Notes: generated from the letters alone by a model not told the origin. A stretch of 64,000 nucleotides of DNA from a virus (IMGVR_UViG_3300042569_000831:2008-66007); one strand, 5' to 3'; counted from the first letter of the stretch, positions 29,801 through 38,363 are shown. Numbers and translations are program-made.

Positions 29801-30454
29801 TTATTTCTTGTTAATAAGAGTTGTTAATAAAGTTCTTTGTTGTAAGGTTAAATCGTACTTTGGTAGTGCCGCCTTTACATCATCAACCTTTCCGTCATTA
29901 ATAGCTTTTACCATTGCATCATAGGTCTTAGAATCTAGCTTCTTTAATTCTGCCGGTTCGGGGGAAGAAGGTTTCTCAGGTTGTTTAACCTTTTTACTGC
30001 TTCTAGTATTAATATGTTTAGTAAGATCCCAAACTCTCTGTCCGCTATCATCTACAACATTACCAAACTGATCGCACGGCAATGTAACCGGAGGTATTTC
30101 ATAAATAAATCTACCAATACCCCACTGAACAGCAGCTCTTTTAAAGGCATCCGATGCTGACGATTTTCCCGCTTGCTCGAACATATTGTCTTTAGAGTCA
30201 TTCTCTATTCTTGATCCGGCATCCCACTTCCAATAAGTTTTCCCGTCAACCTCTATACCAATACCGGCAAATATAAACCCTGCAATCTCCTTAAAATCTG
30301 ACTGCCAAGCTGCACCTGAGGAGTCCAACAGAGTCATCACATCCCTAGCATCAATGTAGGCAGTACAGATGGCTTTAGTTTTGTCTTTGTTCCTAGACTG
30401 CACCCGCCACTGATAGGGGATTTCTTTGCTAAGCTGTTTAATTAGTTCATTCAT
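29801..30454 (-). CDS. Rad52/Sak-family single-strand annealing protein
   Basis: 'AYIDARDVM', 'SDAFKRAAVQWGIGRFIY'. Confidence 0.9.
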   Translation of the reverse strand: MNELIKQLSKEIPYQWRVQSRNKDKTKAICTAYIDARDVMTLLDSSGAAWQSDFKEIAGFIFAGIGIEVDGKTYWKWDAGSRIENDSKDNMFEQAGKSSASDAFKRAAVQWGIGRFIYEIPPVTLPCDQFGNVVDDSGQRVWDLTKHINTRSSKKVKQPEKPSSPEPAELKKLDSKTYDAMVKAINDGKVDDVKAALPKYDLTLQQRTLLTTLINKK

Positions 30455-30468
30455 TCGATAAAATTTAG

Positions 30469-30541
30469 TTGCGGGAGTTGGATTCGAACCAACGACTCAG
30501 AGCTTATGAGGCTCCGCTGCTGACCACTGCATTATCCCGCA
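30469..30541 (-). tRNA. tRNA-Met (CAT)
   Basis: Acceptor TGCGGGA/TCCCGCA, anticodon loop CTCATAA, T-arm GTTGG-TTCGAAT-CCAAC. Confidence 0.85.
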
Positions 30542-30546
30542 TTTAG

Positions 30547-30617
30547 GAGTGGGAGCCGGAATCGAACCGACAACTAAGCGAACAGGTGAAAACGTCCCTG
30601 CCAACCTTTTTCCCACT
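30547..30617 (-). ncRNA. aberrant tRNA-like RNA
   Basis: Acceptor AGTGGGA/TCCCACT and T-arm GTCGG-TTCGATT-CCGGC intact; no canonical D or anticodon arm. Confidence 0.55.
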
Positions 30618-30843
30618 ATAAAGAATTAATATACTCGTTAATTATACCGTACTCGGAAGCGGTAAAATAAATACATTGCCAATCAAAAGTAAACACAATC
30701 TTCTTATCTTTTAAAATTGCCTTAATAAAATGATTGGTGCATAAATCACTTTGATTAGCTAAAAGCCATTTACGGTAAGGCTTTAATTCGTAAGTCTTAC
30801 CGTTAAGCGTAAACGTATCGTTAATATAATCGTATTTCACCAT
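30616..30843 (-). CDS. hypothetical protein
   Basis: ATG at 30843 (MVKYD). Confidence 0.5.
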   Translation of the reverse strand: MVKYDYINDTFTLNGKTYELKPYRKWLLANQSDLCTNHFIKAILKDKKIVFTFDWQCIYFTASEYGIINEYINSL

Positions 30844-30884
30844 GCGAATGTACGACACTATAAGTAAAAATATATTCACATTGA

Positions 30885-31208
30885 CTATAATTTACTCACA
30901 TAGACGTTATTCATTTTGGTAGAAAGTTTTTTGTTGTGAATCAGTACATCAATTCTTTTTGTGTGTCTCTTGTTCATTAGGTCGTGTACGTAATAGATGC
31001 CGTTAAATATTCCGGCGTTAGATACGAGCACCCGATCTCCCCATTTTAAGGTTTTTTTAAGGTCTCTTGATACTGCTATTATTTTTTTATTGGACGATCC
31101 TATTCTGTAACCTGAGGCTGTAATGTTTGGACTACTATCGCACTCCCGAACCGTAGGCATGTAGGTAGTAAGTGTTACTATCTGTATTAAAATGGCTAAT
31201 AGTTGCAT
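30885..31208 (-). CDS. 3D-domain (MltA-like) putative peptidoglycan-active protein
   Basis: 'T.Y...D..P.ITASG...IIAVSRDL...V.D.M..R...RIDV', N-terminal hydrophobic stretch. Confidence 0.8.
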   Translation of the reverse strand: MQLLAILIQIVTLTTYMPTVRECDSSPNITASGYRIGSSNKKIIAVSRDLKKTLKWGDRVLVSNAGIFNGIYYVHDLMNKRHTKRIDVLIHNKKLSTKMNNVYVSKL

Positions 31209-31233
31209 GTTTTAAGTTTTATTTAGTGTCAGT

Positions 31234-31419
31234 TTAATCAGTAGTTATGTCTTCCGGCATTATGACCGACCTTATATAACCCTTACTCTTAAACTCTTCA
31301 ATCTTTAATTCTAATTCTAAGACCGCCTCTCCGCTATAAATCATAGCGTCAACTAGTTCGCCTAATATTTTATGTCTTTCAGGCAGAGACATTTCGCACC
31401 ATGTTGGTAGTTTGTTCAT
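31234..31419 (-). CDS. hypothetical protein
   Basis: ATG ORF with A-rich leader. Confidence 0.5.
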   Translation of the reverse strand: MNKLPTWCEMSLPERHKILGELVDAMIYSGEAVLELELKIEEFKSKGYIRSVIMPEDITTD

Positions 31420-31429
31420 GTGTTTAGTT

Positions 31430-31456
31430 TTAAAGCCCCTCCATTACAGAGGGGCT
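31430..31456 (-). terminator. intrinsic terminator
   Basis: AGCCCCTC...GAGGGGCT-TT downstream of the YadA-like gene. Confidence 0.65.
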
Positions 31457-31463
31457 GTGTTAT

Positions 31464-32573
31464 TTAGAATCCAAAAGAAAATCCAAGGCCGGCAGCAGCA
31501 GCTCGTGTGTTACTACCTGACGCCACGTTTGCAGAAATCTTAGCATTAGGGCTTACAAAGTAAGAAAACCCTGCTGAAACAGCGGCAGCATTACCATAAA
31601 ATCCCGTACCAAAAGACAAGTTTCCTCTCTTCTGAGAGTTGTAAATCTGTGATCCGTTAGCCGCACTCATTGCCGCAGACATTGCAGCAATACCCATCAT
31701 CTCATTTGTTATTGCTCCTTCGGCAAGTCTCGCTCTTCTTGATTCAAGGCTTAAATCGGTACGCAATTCACGCTCTGCTTCTCTAGCTCTTTCTGCTTCC
31801 TTATCAATTCTATTACCTAACGCATTCTCTGCGTTGATTGCTCTAATACTTTCAGCGTCCGTGTATGCTTTTGCTTCTGCTTTATTAGACTCAACGGTTT
31901 TGGTTAAGTCAGCTACCTTAGTGTCGGTTGCGCCAATACGCTTATCTAGGCGAGTAACTTCTGTGTTGACCTTATTGTCTAATGAAGTAAACTTACTGTC
32001 TGTATAATCATTAGATGTTTTAATGGCTTCATCTTTAGCTTTCTTAATATCTAATGCAACTTGCGTCTTATCTGCTTTATTGTTCTGTAAATTTACAATA
32101 TCAGCTTCTGTTGCAGTTACTCTATTGGTTAAATTAGTAACACTTGATGCAGATGCTTTTAATGATACAGCGTCTTTTAAGTTTATGATTTCATTACCTA
32201 CATTCATTCCGCCTGTAAATAATTGAGATCCTGTAATAGTTCCTGCTGTGGAAATGCCTGTTTTATTAATGGTAGTAATCGTTCCTTGCTGATTAAATAC
32301 AGTTTTTTCACCGTTAATAAACGTTTGGGCGCTCCCAATGGTAGTATAAGTAGTTTGAATATTAGTAGAGTTACCAATAATAGTAGTGTTCTTGCCGGAA
32401 CTTCCTATTTCAACACCCCCTAAACCGCCACTTACAGTTGTCGTGTAAATACTTGTAATCTTTGTGTCTTTGCCTTGTAGTGTTGTCTGCGTTGCAACAG
32501 CTCCTACTGTCGTTTGTGCGTTTAAAACTGCTGTATTCATCAATACAGTTAATGCGAAAATAATTCTTTTCAT
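31464..32573 (-). CDS. YadA-like trimeric autotransporter
   Basis: Signal peptide, coiled-coil stalk with 'YTD' repeats, 'GIAAMSAAM' helix, four alternating beta strands, terminal Phe. Confidence 0.85.
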   Translation of the reverse strand: MKRIIFALTVLMNTAVLNAQTTVGAVATQTTLQGKDTKITSIYTTTVSGGLGGVEIGSSGKNTTIIGNSTNIQTTYTTIGSAQTFINGEKTVFNQQGTITTINKTGISTAGTITGSQLFTGGMNVGNEIINLKDAVSLKASASSVTNLTNRVTATEADIVNLQNNKADKTQVALDIKKAKDEAIKTSNDYTDSKFTSLDNKVNTEVTRLDKRIGATDTKVADLTKTVESNKAEAKAYTDAESIRAINAENALGNRIDKEAERAREAERELRTDLSLESRRARLAEGAITNEMMGIAAMSAAMSAANGSQIYNSQKRGNLSFGTGFYGNAAAVSAGFSYFVSPNAKISANVASGSNTRAAAAGLGFSFGF

Positions 32574-32610
32574 TTTGTTTTTATTTTTTGATTATTAAAT
32601 ACTTTATTGT

Positions 32611-32975
32611 TGCGCAGTATTACAATACTGCGCATTGCGGTGATTTGAGAATTAGTGGATATCAATTGCCTAGTCAGCTATTCTCCATATTTGTTCGTGC
32701 GTTGGATTTTGATTATCACATATCTTTTCAATGTTATGTAAGGCAATTAACAGTTCGCTTCGCCCACTAACATCGGATATACTCAATAATTTTAACTTAG
32801 CATCGTGGTATCTACGAAGTGCATCTTTTATTTCATTCAGTTCCTTGTAGCTGTACCTGCATAAATCTATTCCCGCCTCTTGTAAGCAATTTTCTTTAAT
32901 TTCGTTATCTGTCATTGTTTCTATTTTAAAGTCGTTAAAATTACTGCGTATAGCCGTTTACCGTCCGTTAGCAGT
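32611..32975 (+). mobile_element. second cassette locus (attI-like site plus one cassette with attC-like site 32764-32975)
   Basis: Homologue of the 19278 site followed by TTAGTGG, which matches CCACTAAC; arms CGGATATACTCAATAATTTTAAC / GTTAAAATTACTGCGTATAGCCG. Confidence 0.7.
32670..32915 (-). CDS. cassette hypothetical protein
   Basis: Starts within the attC-like loop and reads through its arm ('ISDVSGRS'). Confidence 0.55.
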   Translation of the reverse strand: MTDNEIKENCLQEAGIDLCRYSYKELNEIKDALRRYHDAKLKLLSISDVSGRSELLIALHNIEKICDNQNPTHEQIWRIAD

Positions 32976-32979
32976 AAGT

Positions 32980-33159
32980 TTACAATCCTAAACTCTTAGC
33001 ATCTTTCCATTCATCCTGAGAAAGCTCTCTACTATAAAGTAAATGTACTTCCCTACCTAACTTAATCTCAATAGCCATAAATGCTTCCAATGAACTTACT
33101 TCTGCAAATTCTGTTACATATTTTCCATCACGTAAGAATGTTAAATGATACCTTTTCAT
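32980..33159 (-). CDS. small hypothetical protein (59 aa, MKRYHLTF...)
   Basis: ATG ORF below the ORF-track cutoff, fills the gap in the operon. Confidence 0.45.
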   Translation of the reverse strand: MKRYHLTFLRDGKYVTEFAEVSSLEAFMAIEIKLGREVHLLYSRELSQDEWKDAKSLGL

Positions 33160-33165
33160 TATTAT

Positions 33166-33747
33166 TTATTTATTAATGTATGGATTTTCAGTGGTTAATA
33201 AATTATAACAAATTCCGTTTTCATCATTAAATGGATCTATGGCTGTTGTTATATAAACTCCTTTCTCTTTCCGCATAAATTGCGCACATATCCAATCAGA
33301 ATTTTCACTATCTCTCACCCATACAATTTGCCCTCTTTCGGGTAATAGTTCTGCTCTTTCTTGGCTGAAACCTTGTAAGGTGTATTCTGTGAAGGATAAT
33401 AAAGGGGTTAAACTATCTAAATCATTGTCAAGACCGGCATAAGTATAATAATCGTTATAACCGTTGCATTTATCAAATGCAACCTCAATAGGATATTTTG
33501 TACTAAAAGATATATCAGTAACTTCACCCCATCCATAGCGAGCATCGTACACTTTATCCCCAACTTTAAATACTGTTTTCATATTATTTACTATTTGATA
33601 ATTTAATGAATCAATTAATTCTTTTTCGGTTACTCCTAATGGAACTCTAACAACTTTATTGTCAAAATCAATAAGACTTCCTATTTCTTTTATTATTTCT
33701 ATCGGGGTAGTGTTAGGGTCTTGTTCAGCTTTTACTTTTATAATCAT
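33166..33747 (-). CDS. hypothetical protein
   Basis: 'FKVGDKVYD..YGWGEV' domain preceded by an apparent fused N-terminal piece. Confidence 0.6.
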   Translation of the reverse strand: MIIKVKAEQDPNTTPIEIIKEIGSLIDFDNKVVRVPLGVTEKELIDSLNYQIVNNMKTVFKVGDKVYDARYGWGEVTDISFSTKYPIEVAFDKCNGYNDYYTYAGLDNDLDSLTPLLSFTEYTLQGFSQERAELLPERGQIVWVRDSENSDWICAQFMRKEKGVYITTAIDPFNDENGICYNLLTTENPYINK

Positions 33748-34949
33748 TGTTTAAATATTTTATTGTAATAAGATCCTATTTCACTTTTAAAATTACTCTC
33801 TACAAATCCAACGTACCGGTTAAAGGAACTTGAATTTGGTTTGTGACCACTTGCAAATCTGACATGCTCGGGGGACACTCCGTTGGAAAGCATACAAGTA
33901 ATAGCTGTTTTCCTTAACATGTGTGGATGAACCCAATCGTACATTTTTTTTGTTTCAACTACTTTAGATCCATCCGGCTTAGTTATTTTAATGGATACTT
34001 CTTTGTGCATGGCAGGGAACTTGCTGAAATACTTTTTAATGTTTTTTCTGTAATAGCTTTCGTCAGCGTTCAGACTATATACTCCCCCGAACTCGGAAAT
34101 ATTGCCGGAAATATGGTCTGCCAATACCTTAGGAAGCGGGATGGAAGTGTTGGTTCCGGTCTTCTTATTTTCTTTAATCAAGAATCCATTATTTATATCC
34201 GACTTATCTAGGCTGATTGCATCCGATATTCTAAGCGAAGTAACCATCATAACGCATGACAACTCCCACATAAACCGGTCTTTATTGTTAGTATGCAGCG
34301 TATTTAATACAAAGTCGTTAACAAATTCTTGATCCAATACTACTATTGGCGGCTCGTTTCTACCCAAACTTTTTATTTTAGGTAAATTCAGGAACAACTT
34401 TTCTTTGTAGTGGTTAACTATGATAGTTATGTTCTTGATTACGTCAGCTCGTGTGTTAATTTTGTACTCCTTTTCTTGCATCCAACTATCTAACCCATTA
34501 AAGTATGCGTCAAATCGATCAGAAAGGGCTGATTTAACCCTTAAATCTAGTCCGTCAAGTGTAAAGTCGTTAAGATCAATAGATCCTTTAAATGAGGCGT
34601 ATTCTCGCAAAGTTTTAATAGAAAATCCGTAGGTGCTGATTGATGATGGTTTAATGATGGAGTTGGACTTTGTTCTAATAGTCCCCCGAACTGCCTCCCT
34701 TATATATTTTTCGCAAAGCTCCACTAAGTCGCTGCTGCTTTCGCCTTTGGTTTCTAAGTATCTGTTCTTAATATTAGCAATACCGCCATCAGTGATAAGC
34801 CTCTCTATCTTAAACAGTTCTTCTTTAGCCAAATTCAAGTCCTTGCATCCGGTAGATAGCCGGATAGCTTCTTTGTTGTGGTAAATTCTAGCGTAATAAA
34901 CGCCATCACGGGAGTATAGTTTTATATTCATACGTATTGGGGTTGACAC
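33744..34949 (-). CDS. tyrosine recombinase/integrase
   Basis: N-terminal arm-binding-like domain (YYARIY...RLSTG); catalytic 'LRISD', 'KKTG', 'HMLRKT', 'SGH', 'RY'. Confidence 0.9.
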   Translation of the reverse strand: MSTPIRMNIKLYSRDGVYYARIYHNKEAIRLSTGCKDLNLAKEELFKIERLITDGGIANIKNRYLETKGESSSDLVELCEKYIREAVRGTIRTKSNSIIKPSSISTYGFSIKTLREYASFKGSIDLNDFTLDGLDLRVKSALSDRFDAYFNGLDSWMQEKEYKINTRADVIKNITIIVNHYKEKLFLNLPKIKSLGRNEPPIVVLDQEFVNDFVLNTLHTNNKDRFMWELSCVMMVTSLRISDAISLDKSDINNGFLIKENKKTGTNTSIPLPKVLADHISGNISEFGGVYSLNADESYYRKNIKKYFSKFPAMHKEVSIKITKPDGSKVVETKKMYDWVHPHMLRKTAITCMLSNGVSPEHVRFASGHKPNSSSFNRYVGFVESNFKSEIGSYYNKIFKQ

Positions 34950-35251
34950 TGCTCCATCAACTCTTCAATTGAAAAGTCGATATCTTCGCAGTCCTTAATG
35001 AGTGCCTTTAATTTAAGCAGGTTTTCTTCTGTGAATGCGAACCTATGAGACGAAAAATACTCGTATGGTAAATTATCGTCAGTAAGTTCTATTTCAGCCA
35101 ACTGAAAGGCTAGAGTTTTTTTAGTAAATGCTGCATCTAAAAATGCGGTACACGTAAAGATTACATTGTACTTTTTGTTTTCTTCTAGCCATTTATTTTT
35201 AGGTATTTCCTTTGGCCTATTGGCGTTATTTATACAGATAGTTTCTACCAT
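34928..35251 (-). CDS. hypothetical protein
   Basis: ATG ORF (MVETICIN). Confidence 0.6.
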   Translation of the reverse strand: MVETICINNANRPKEIPKNKWLEENKKYNVIFTCTAFLDAAFTKKTLAFQLAEIELTDDNLPYEYFSSHRFAFTEENLLKLKALIKDCEDIDFSIEELMEQCQPQYV

Positions 35252-35278
35252 AAAAAAAACCGGCAATAGTTGCCGGTT
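35252..35278 (-). terminator. intrinsic terminator
   Basis: AACCGGCAA-cta-TTGCCGGTT followed by a long T-run. Confidence 0.65.
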
Positions 35279-35285
35279 CGGGGGA

Positions 35286-35612
35286 TTAAATGTTATTAAT
35301 AAGTGTAAGTACCTCTACTAAGTTAGGGTCAGGAGAATCGCTTATTTTTTTAGTAAGAGCTTTGTGTATATCGTAATACATTACATCGCTTCTCATCCAA
35401 CTTTCGTGCTGATTTCTGTGGTATATAATGGAGGTATGATCTCTATACTTTAAGAATGCGGCAATCTCTTCAAGAGTAAACCCGTACATTCTAGTGGAAA
35501 TATAAATAAATGCCACCTTAACTCTGATATTGTGGCGCTTTCTGCCTTTAATACGGAGTACGTCAATATCAGTTATCTCCTTTATCCAATTTCTTAATTC
35601 TTCTAGCTTCAT
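35286..35612 (-). CDS. DnaA C-terminal-like HTH protein
   Basis: 'TLEEIAAFL.YRDHTSIIY' matches the DnaA domain IV signature. Confidence 0.8.
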   Translation of the reverse strand: MKLEELRNWIKEITDIDVLRIKGRKRHNIRVKVAFIYISTRMYGFTLEEIAAFLKYRDHTSIIYHRNQHESWMRSDVMYYDIHKALTKKISDSPDPNLVEVLTLINNI

Positions 35613-35772
35613 GTTCTTTAATTAATCTAACTAAACGGTCATTAAGTGCTTCCATGTATATAATCTGCCTATTTATACAAGCCTTGCGGTCTACATCATT
35701 GGAACTTAACGCCTGATTTAATTCGTTTACAATTTTGTTAAATGTTCGGTTTATTGTTGGGATACTACTCAT
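35569..35772 (-). CDS. hypothetical protein
   Basis: Coupled ORF. Confidence 0.5.
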   Translation of the reverse strand: MSSIPTINRTFNKIVNELNQALSSNDVDRKACINRQIIYMEALNDRLVRLIKEHEARRIKKLDKGDN

Positions 35773-36007
35773 AATACAATGCTATTTTTCCGTTAGGTAA
35801 TGGTTCAAATCCCATAATTAAATAGTCTTTATATAAAGATTTCTTTACAAACTCTTGTAAATGCCAACCTACTGCCGATGAATTTTCAACTACGCAGTTG
35901 GGCTCTTTACCTACAAATCTATCGGGGAAATGATTAAAGCCATTTAGATCGAACCCAAACGGCTTGTTAAGTTCTATGTGCTCAATAACTTTTTTAAATA
36001 TACTCAT
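35765..36007 (-). CDS. hypothetical protein
   Basis: Coupled ORF. Confidence 0.5.
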   Translation of the reverse strand: MSIFKKVIEHIELNKPFGFDLNGFNHFPDRFVGKEPNCVVENSSAVGWHLQEFVKKSLYKDYLIMGFEPLPNGKIALYYE

Positions 36008-36207
36008 CTGAATGTAATTTTTTTGTTTAAACGATTAGTGTAGCTTCTGTGTTTGAATTTGATGCAGTCCTGAATGATTGAATGCTTAAGTCCGGTAAGG
36101 CGGGAAGCTTCGCTCATCGTTTCGCATTCTGCAATCAGTTCTTTTTTGTCTATGTCGTAGACCTTGACTTTACGTTTATTAAAGTCGTTTAATTCGTGTA
36201 CTTTCAT
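36004..36207 (-). CDS. NUMOD1-like HTH DNA-binding protein
   Basis: 'KVKVYD....LIAE..TMSEASRLTG....I..CI'. Confidence 0.7.
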   Translation of the reverse strand: MKVHELNDFNKRKVKVYDIDKKELIAECETMSEASRLTGLKHSIIQDCIKFKHRSYTNRLNKKITFR

Positions 36208-36227
36208 GTTGTTTAGGTTTGTTTTAG

Positions 36228-36297
36228 CGACCAATGCCGGAATCGAACCGGCAACTACCCGATACAGTCAGGCGCTTTCCCATTAAGCTAAGTGGTC
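36228..36297 (-). ncRNA. tRNA-like RNA with 5-nt anticodon loop
   Basis: Acceptor GACCACT/ATTGGTC, D-arm GCTT/AAGC, stem CCTGA-CTGTA-TCGGG, T-arm GCCGG-TTCGATT-CCGGC. Confidence 0.7.
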
Positions 36298-36313
36298 ATT
36301 GCATTTCTGCAAT

Positions 36314-36523
36314 TTAATAAAGATTGGCTAGTGCCTCGTCTTCGGTCTTATAAACTTTAGAAGTGGCGAGAATTGAATTGTCGGACAATTCCTTTCTAAC
36401 CGCTCTGAATCCATTTTTAACGGGGTAAACTTCCGTTTTTTGACCTAGGACTTTTTCTGAATTAGCTAGAATTTCACTAGCTAGTAAATGTTGGTTGTAC
36501 GGTACTTGATTTAATGCTCTCAT
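36314..36523 (-). CDS. hypothetical protein
   Basis: ATG ORF with A-rich leader. Confidence 0.55.
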   Translation of the reverse strand: MRALNQVPYNQHLLASEILANSEKVLGQKTEVYPVKNGFRAVRKELSDNSILATSKVYKTEDEALANLY

Positions 36524-36568
36524 AATATGTGTTTTTTACGAATTTACTAATAATTGTTTTTAAAAGGC

Positions 36569-36598
36569 AAAAAAGAGAGGCAGCCTGAGCCGCCTCCC
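36569..36598 (-). terminator. terminator of the early operon
   Basis: GGGAGGCGGC-TCAG-GCTGCCTCTC followed by TTTTTT. Confidence 0.75.
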
Positions 36599-36667
36599 TA
36601 ACCTCAACAACCAAAACTTGTTACTAGTTACGATTGAACGCCACGGCTTGACCGCTAGTATAGAACT

Positions 36668-36904
36668 TTATATAAGTCCTAAGTCCGACTGCCTGAAAAG
36701 TGATCTTAACTTGCAGTCGTTCATGTATTCCTTTACGTCAATATTAAGTTCCCTTAATATGATTAAAGTCCTACTGTGGTTTGATGGTTTCACAAATCTT
36801 CTTATAATTCGTCCATCAGGTTTAGCGGATACTACCGCTTTTGTTTTTTTGCGCATGAGGCTTGATTTGAAGATTAAAAAAGGAACTGCATGTGTATCGC
36901 TCAC
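36668..36904 (-). CDS. early hypothetical basic protein
   Basis: ORF between repeat elements; start uncertain. Confidence 0.45.
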   Translation of the reverse strand: MSDTHAVPFLIFKSSLMRKKTKAVVSAKPDGRIIRRFVKPSNHSRTLIILRELNIDVKEYMNDCKLRSLFRQSDLGLI

Positions 36905-37068
36905 AATAACATCTAAATGTTTGCAGTTCGGGGGACTAAATGTTATCAGCTAGTGTACATAGTAACAAGACTAAAATAATAGCAATAACTTTAAGGGCGT
37001 TTTTCATAGTGTAGTATTTTATACCCGATAGGGCATTATTAATAAGGTTTAAGGGGAAACTGTACCCG

Positions 37069-37290
37069 TTAAGGTACATTGAGCATAGCTTCAATAGCCC
37101 AATGATGAAGCGTATCCCATGTAATACCAATACTTGCATCATGGCTAGATATCATTTTTTCTAGTGCCCATTTAGCCTGATTTTCGCTTAATCCCCAATC
37201 GGAAAAGTCGCTTACAGACCATTTAACCGATTCTTTTTTGTACTGTTCAAATTCAGCTAGTAGCTGTTCGTACTTTTGTTTGTAATCCAT
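37069..37290 (-). CDS. early hypothetical protein
   Basis: Preceded by the AAACCTCAAAAC leader. Confidence 0.65.
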   Translation of the reverse strand: MDYKQKYEQLLAEFEQYKKESVKWSVSDFSDWGLSENQAKWALEKMISSHDASIGITWDTLHHWAIEAMLNVP

Positions 37291-37356
37291 GTTTTGAGGT
37301 TTTGATGAGTGCCTATTTACAATTGAATGTTACGGCTAAACCGATAGGCAAGAAAG

Positions 37357-37554
37357 CTAAAAATAAAAATTATCAATATGGATATCGTGACCCTGCAATC
37401 CATATATCAATTCTACAAAATTATTATAGGTATTTTCGCCTATAATGCCGTTGGTGACTATTTTACCGTCCTTAATTTCTACATGCCCAATACATTCTTT
37501 ATTTTGCCTTATAGACATCAAATGTTGGTCTCTAGTTAAATCTAAATTTTGCAT
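37357..37554 (-). CDS. early hypothetical protein
   Basis: Preceded by the AAACCTCAAA leader. Confidence 0.65.
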   Translation of the reverse strand: MQNLDLTRDQHLMSIRQNKECIGHVEIKDGKIVTNGIIGENTYNNFVELIYGLQGHDIHIDNFYF

Positions 37555-37749
37555 CTGTTTGAGGTTTTGATGAGCTCCTGAGTGTAATCGAATACCACGG
37601 CTAAACCGTCAGGAAGTTTTGCTATTCAAATATAGCGTTAAATTCTACATCAGTATCGGGCTCCTTAAGTGCATCATTTGCGATTAACACAGAAATAAAG
37701 ATAGCGCCTAAAATAATAAAAAATGTCATGTGACTGAGGTTTTAAAGGT

Positions 37750-37947
37750 TTAAAATAAAATTCCGTTTTTATCTAGCTTATTTGCTAATTCTAACTTTTC
37801 AGGATCGTTTTTTATGGCTCTCATTCTGAAAAACATCATTTTATCTATTACAAATGTGCTTTCTTCTTTTGGGATGCCATACAATCTAACATGCTCTATT
37901 AATTCGAGTACGTTTTTTTTAAAAGTTGACTTTTCTTTTGTAGTCAT
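37750..37947 (-). CDS. early hypothetical protein
   Basis: Preceded by the AAACCTCAAAAAC leader. Confidence 0.65.
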   Translation of the reverse strand: MTTKEKSTFKKNVLELIEHVRLYGIPKEESTFVIDKMMFFRMRAIKNDPEKLELANKLDKNGILF

Positions 37948-38013
37948 GTTTTTGAGGTTTAATGAGAGCCTATTCGTAATTGAATACCACGGCTAAACCG
38001 ATAGGCTAGTTAA

Positions 38014-38298
38014 CTAAATTTTAATCCACGAACCGTTCCATTTTTGCCCGTTTAAATACCACTCGCCCTTTTTTTGGCAGATACTTACATTAGGGATAGC
38101 GTTCAAGCGCTCTTTTGTAGTTCTAGTTTGCCATCCCGCATTAGAGATAAAAATACCTTCGCTGTTTTTTTTGGCGATTAAATTGTTGTGCAGTCTTAAT
38201 TCTACACAGTCGGGATAAATACGAACAGTAGTGTTATCCTTAACAAAATTTTGACTGTTCAAAAAAGCGCTAACCGCTTGTTGTGTAATTTGTTTCAT
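38014..38298 (-). CDS. early conserved phage protein
   Basis: Start reassigned to MKQITQQ after the leader; 'LH.NLIA...GW.T.TTKERLN...QK...WY' motif. Confidence 0.7.
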   Translation of the reverse strand: MKQITQQAVSAFLNSQNFVKDNTTVRIYPDCVELRLHNNLIAKKNSEGIFISNAGWQTRTTKERLNAIPNVSICQKKGEWYLNGQKWNGSWIKI

Positions 38299-38363
38299 GT
38301 TTTGAGGTTTGTTGAGCTCCCATTTGCGATCGAACGCCACGGCTTAACCGACGGGAAAGGGGA

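Noticed and set aside
33744-34949. Calling the recombinase an integron integrase (intI)
   Set aside because: It has an arm-binding-like N-terminus, no recognisable IntI insertion, and is not adjacent to the attI-like sites
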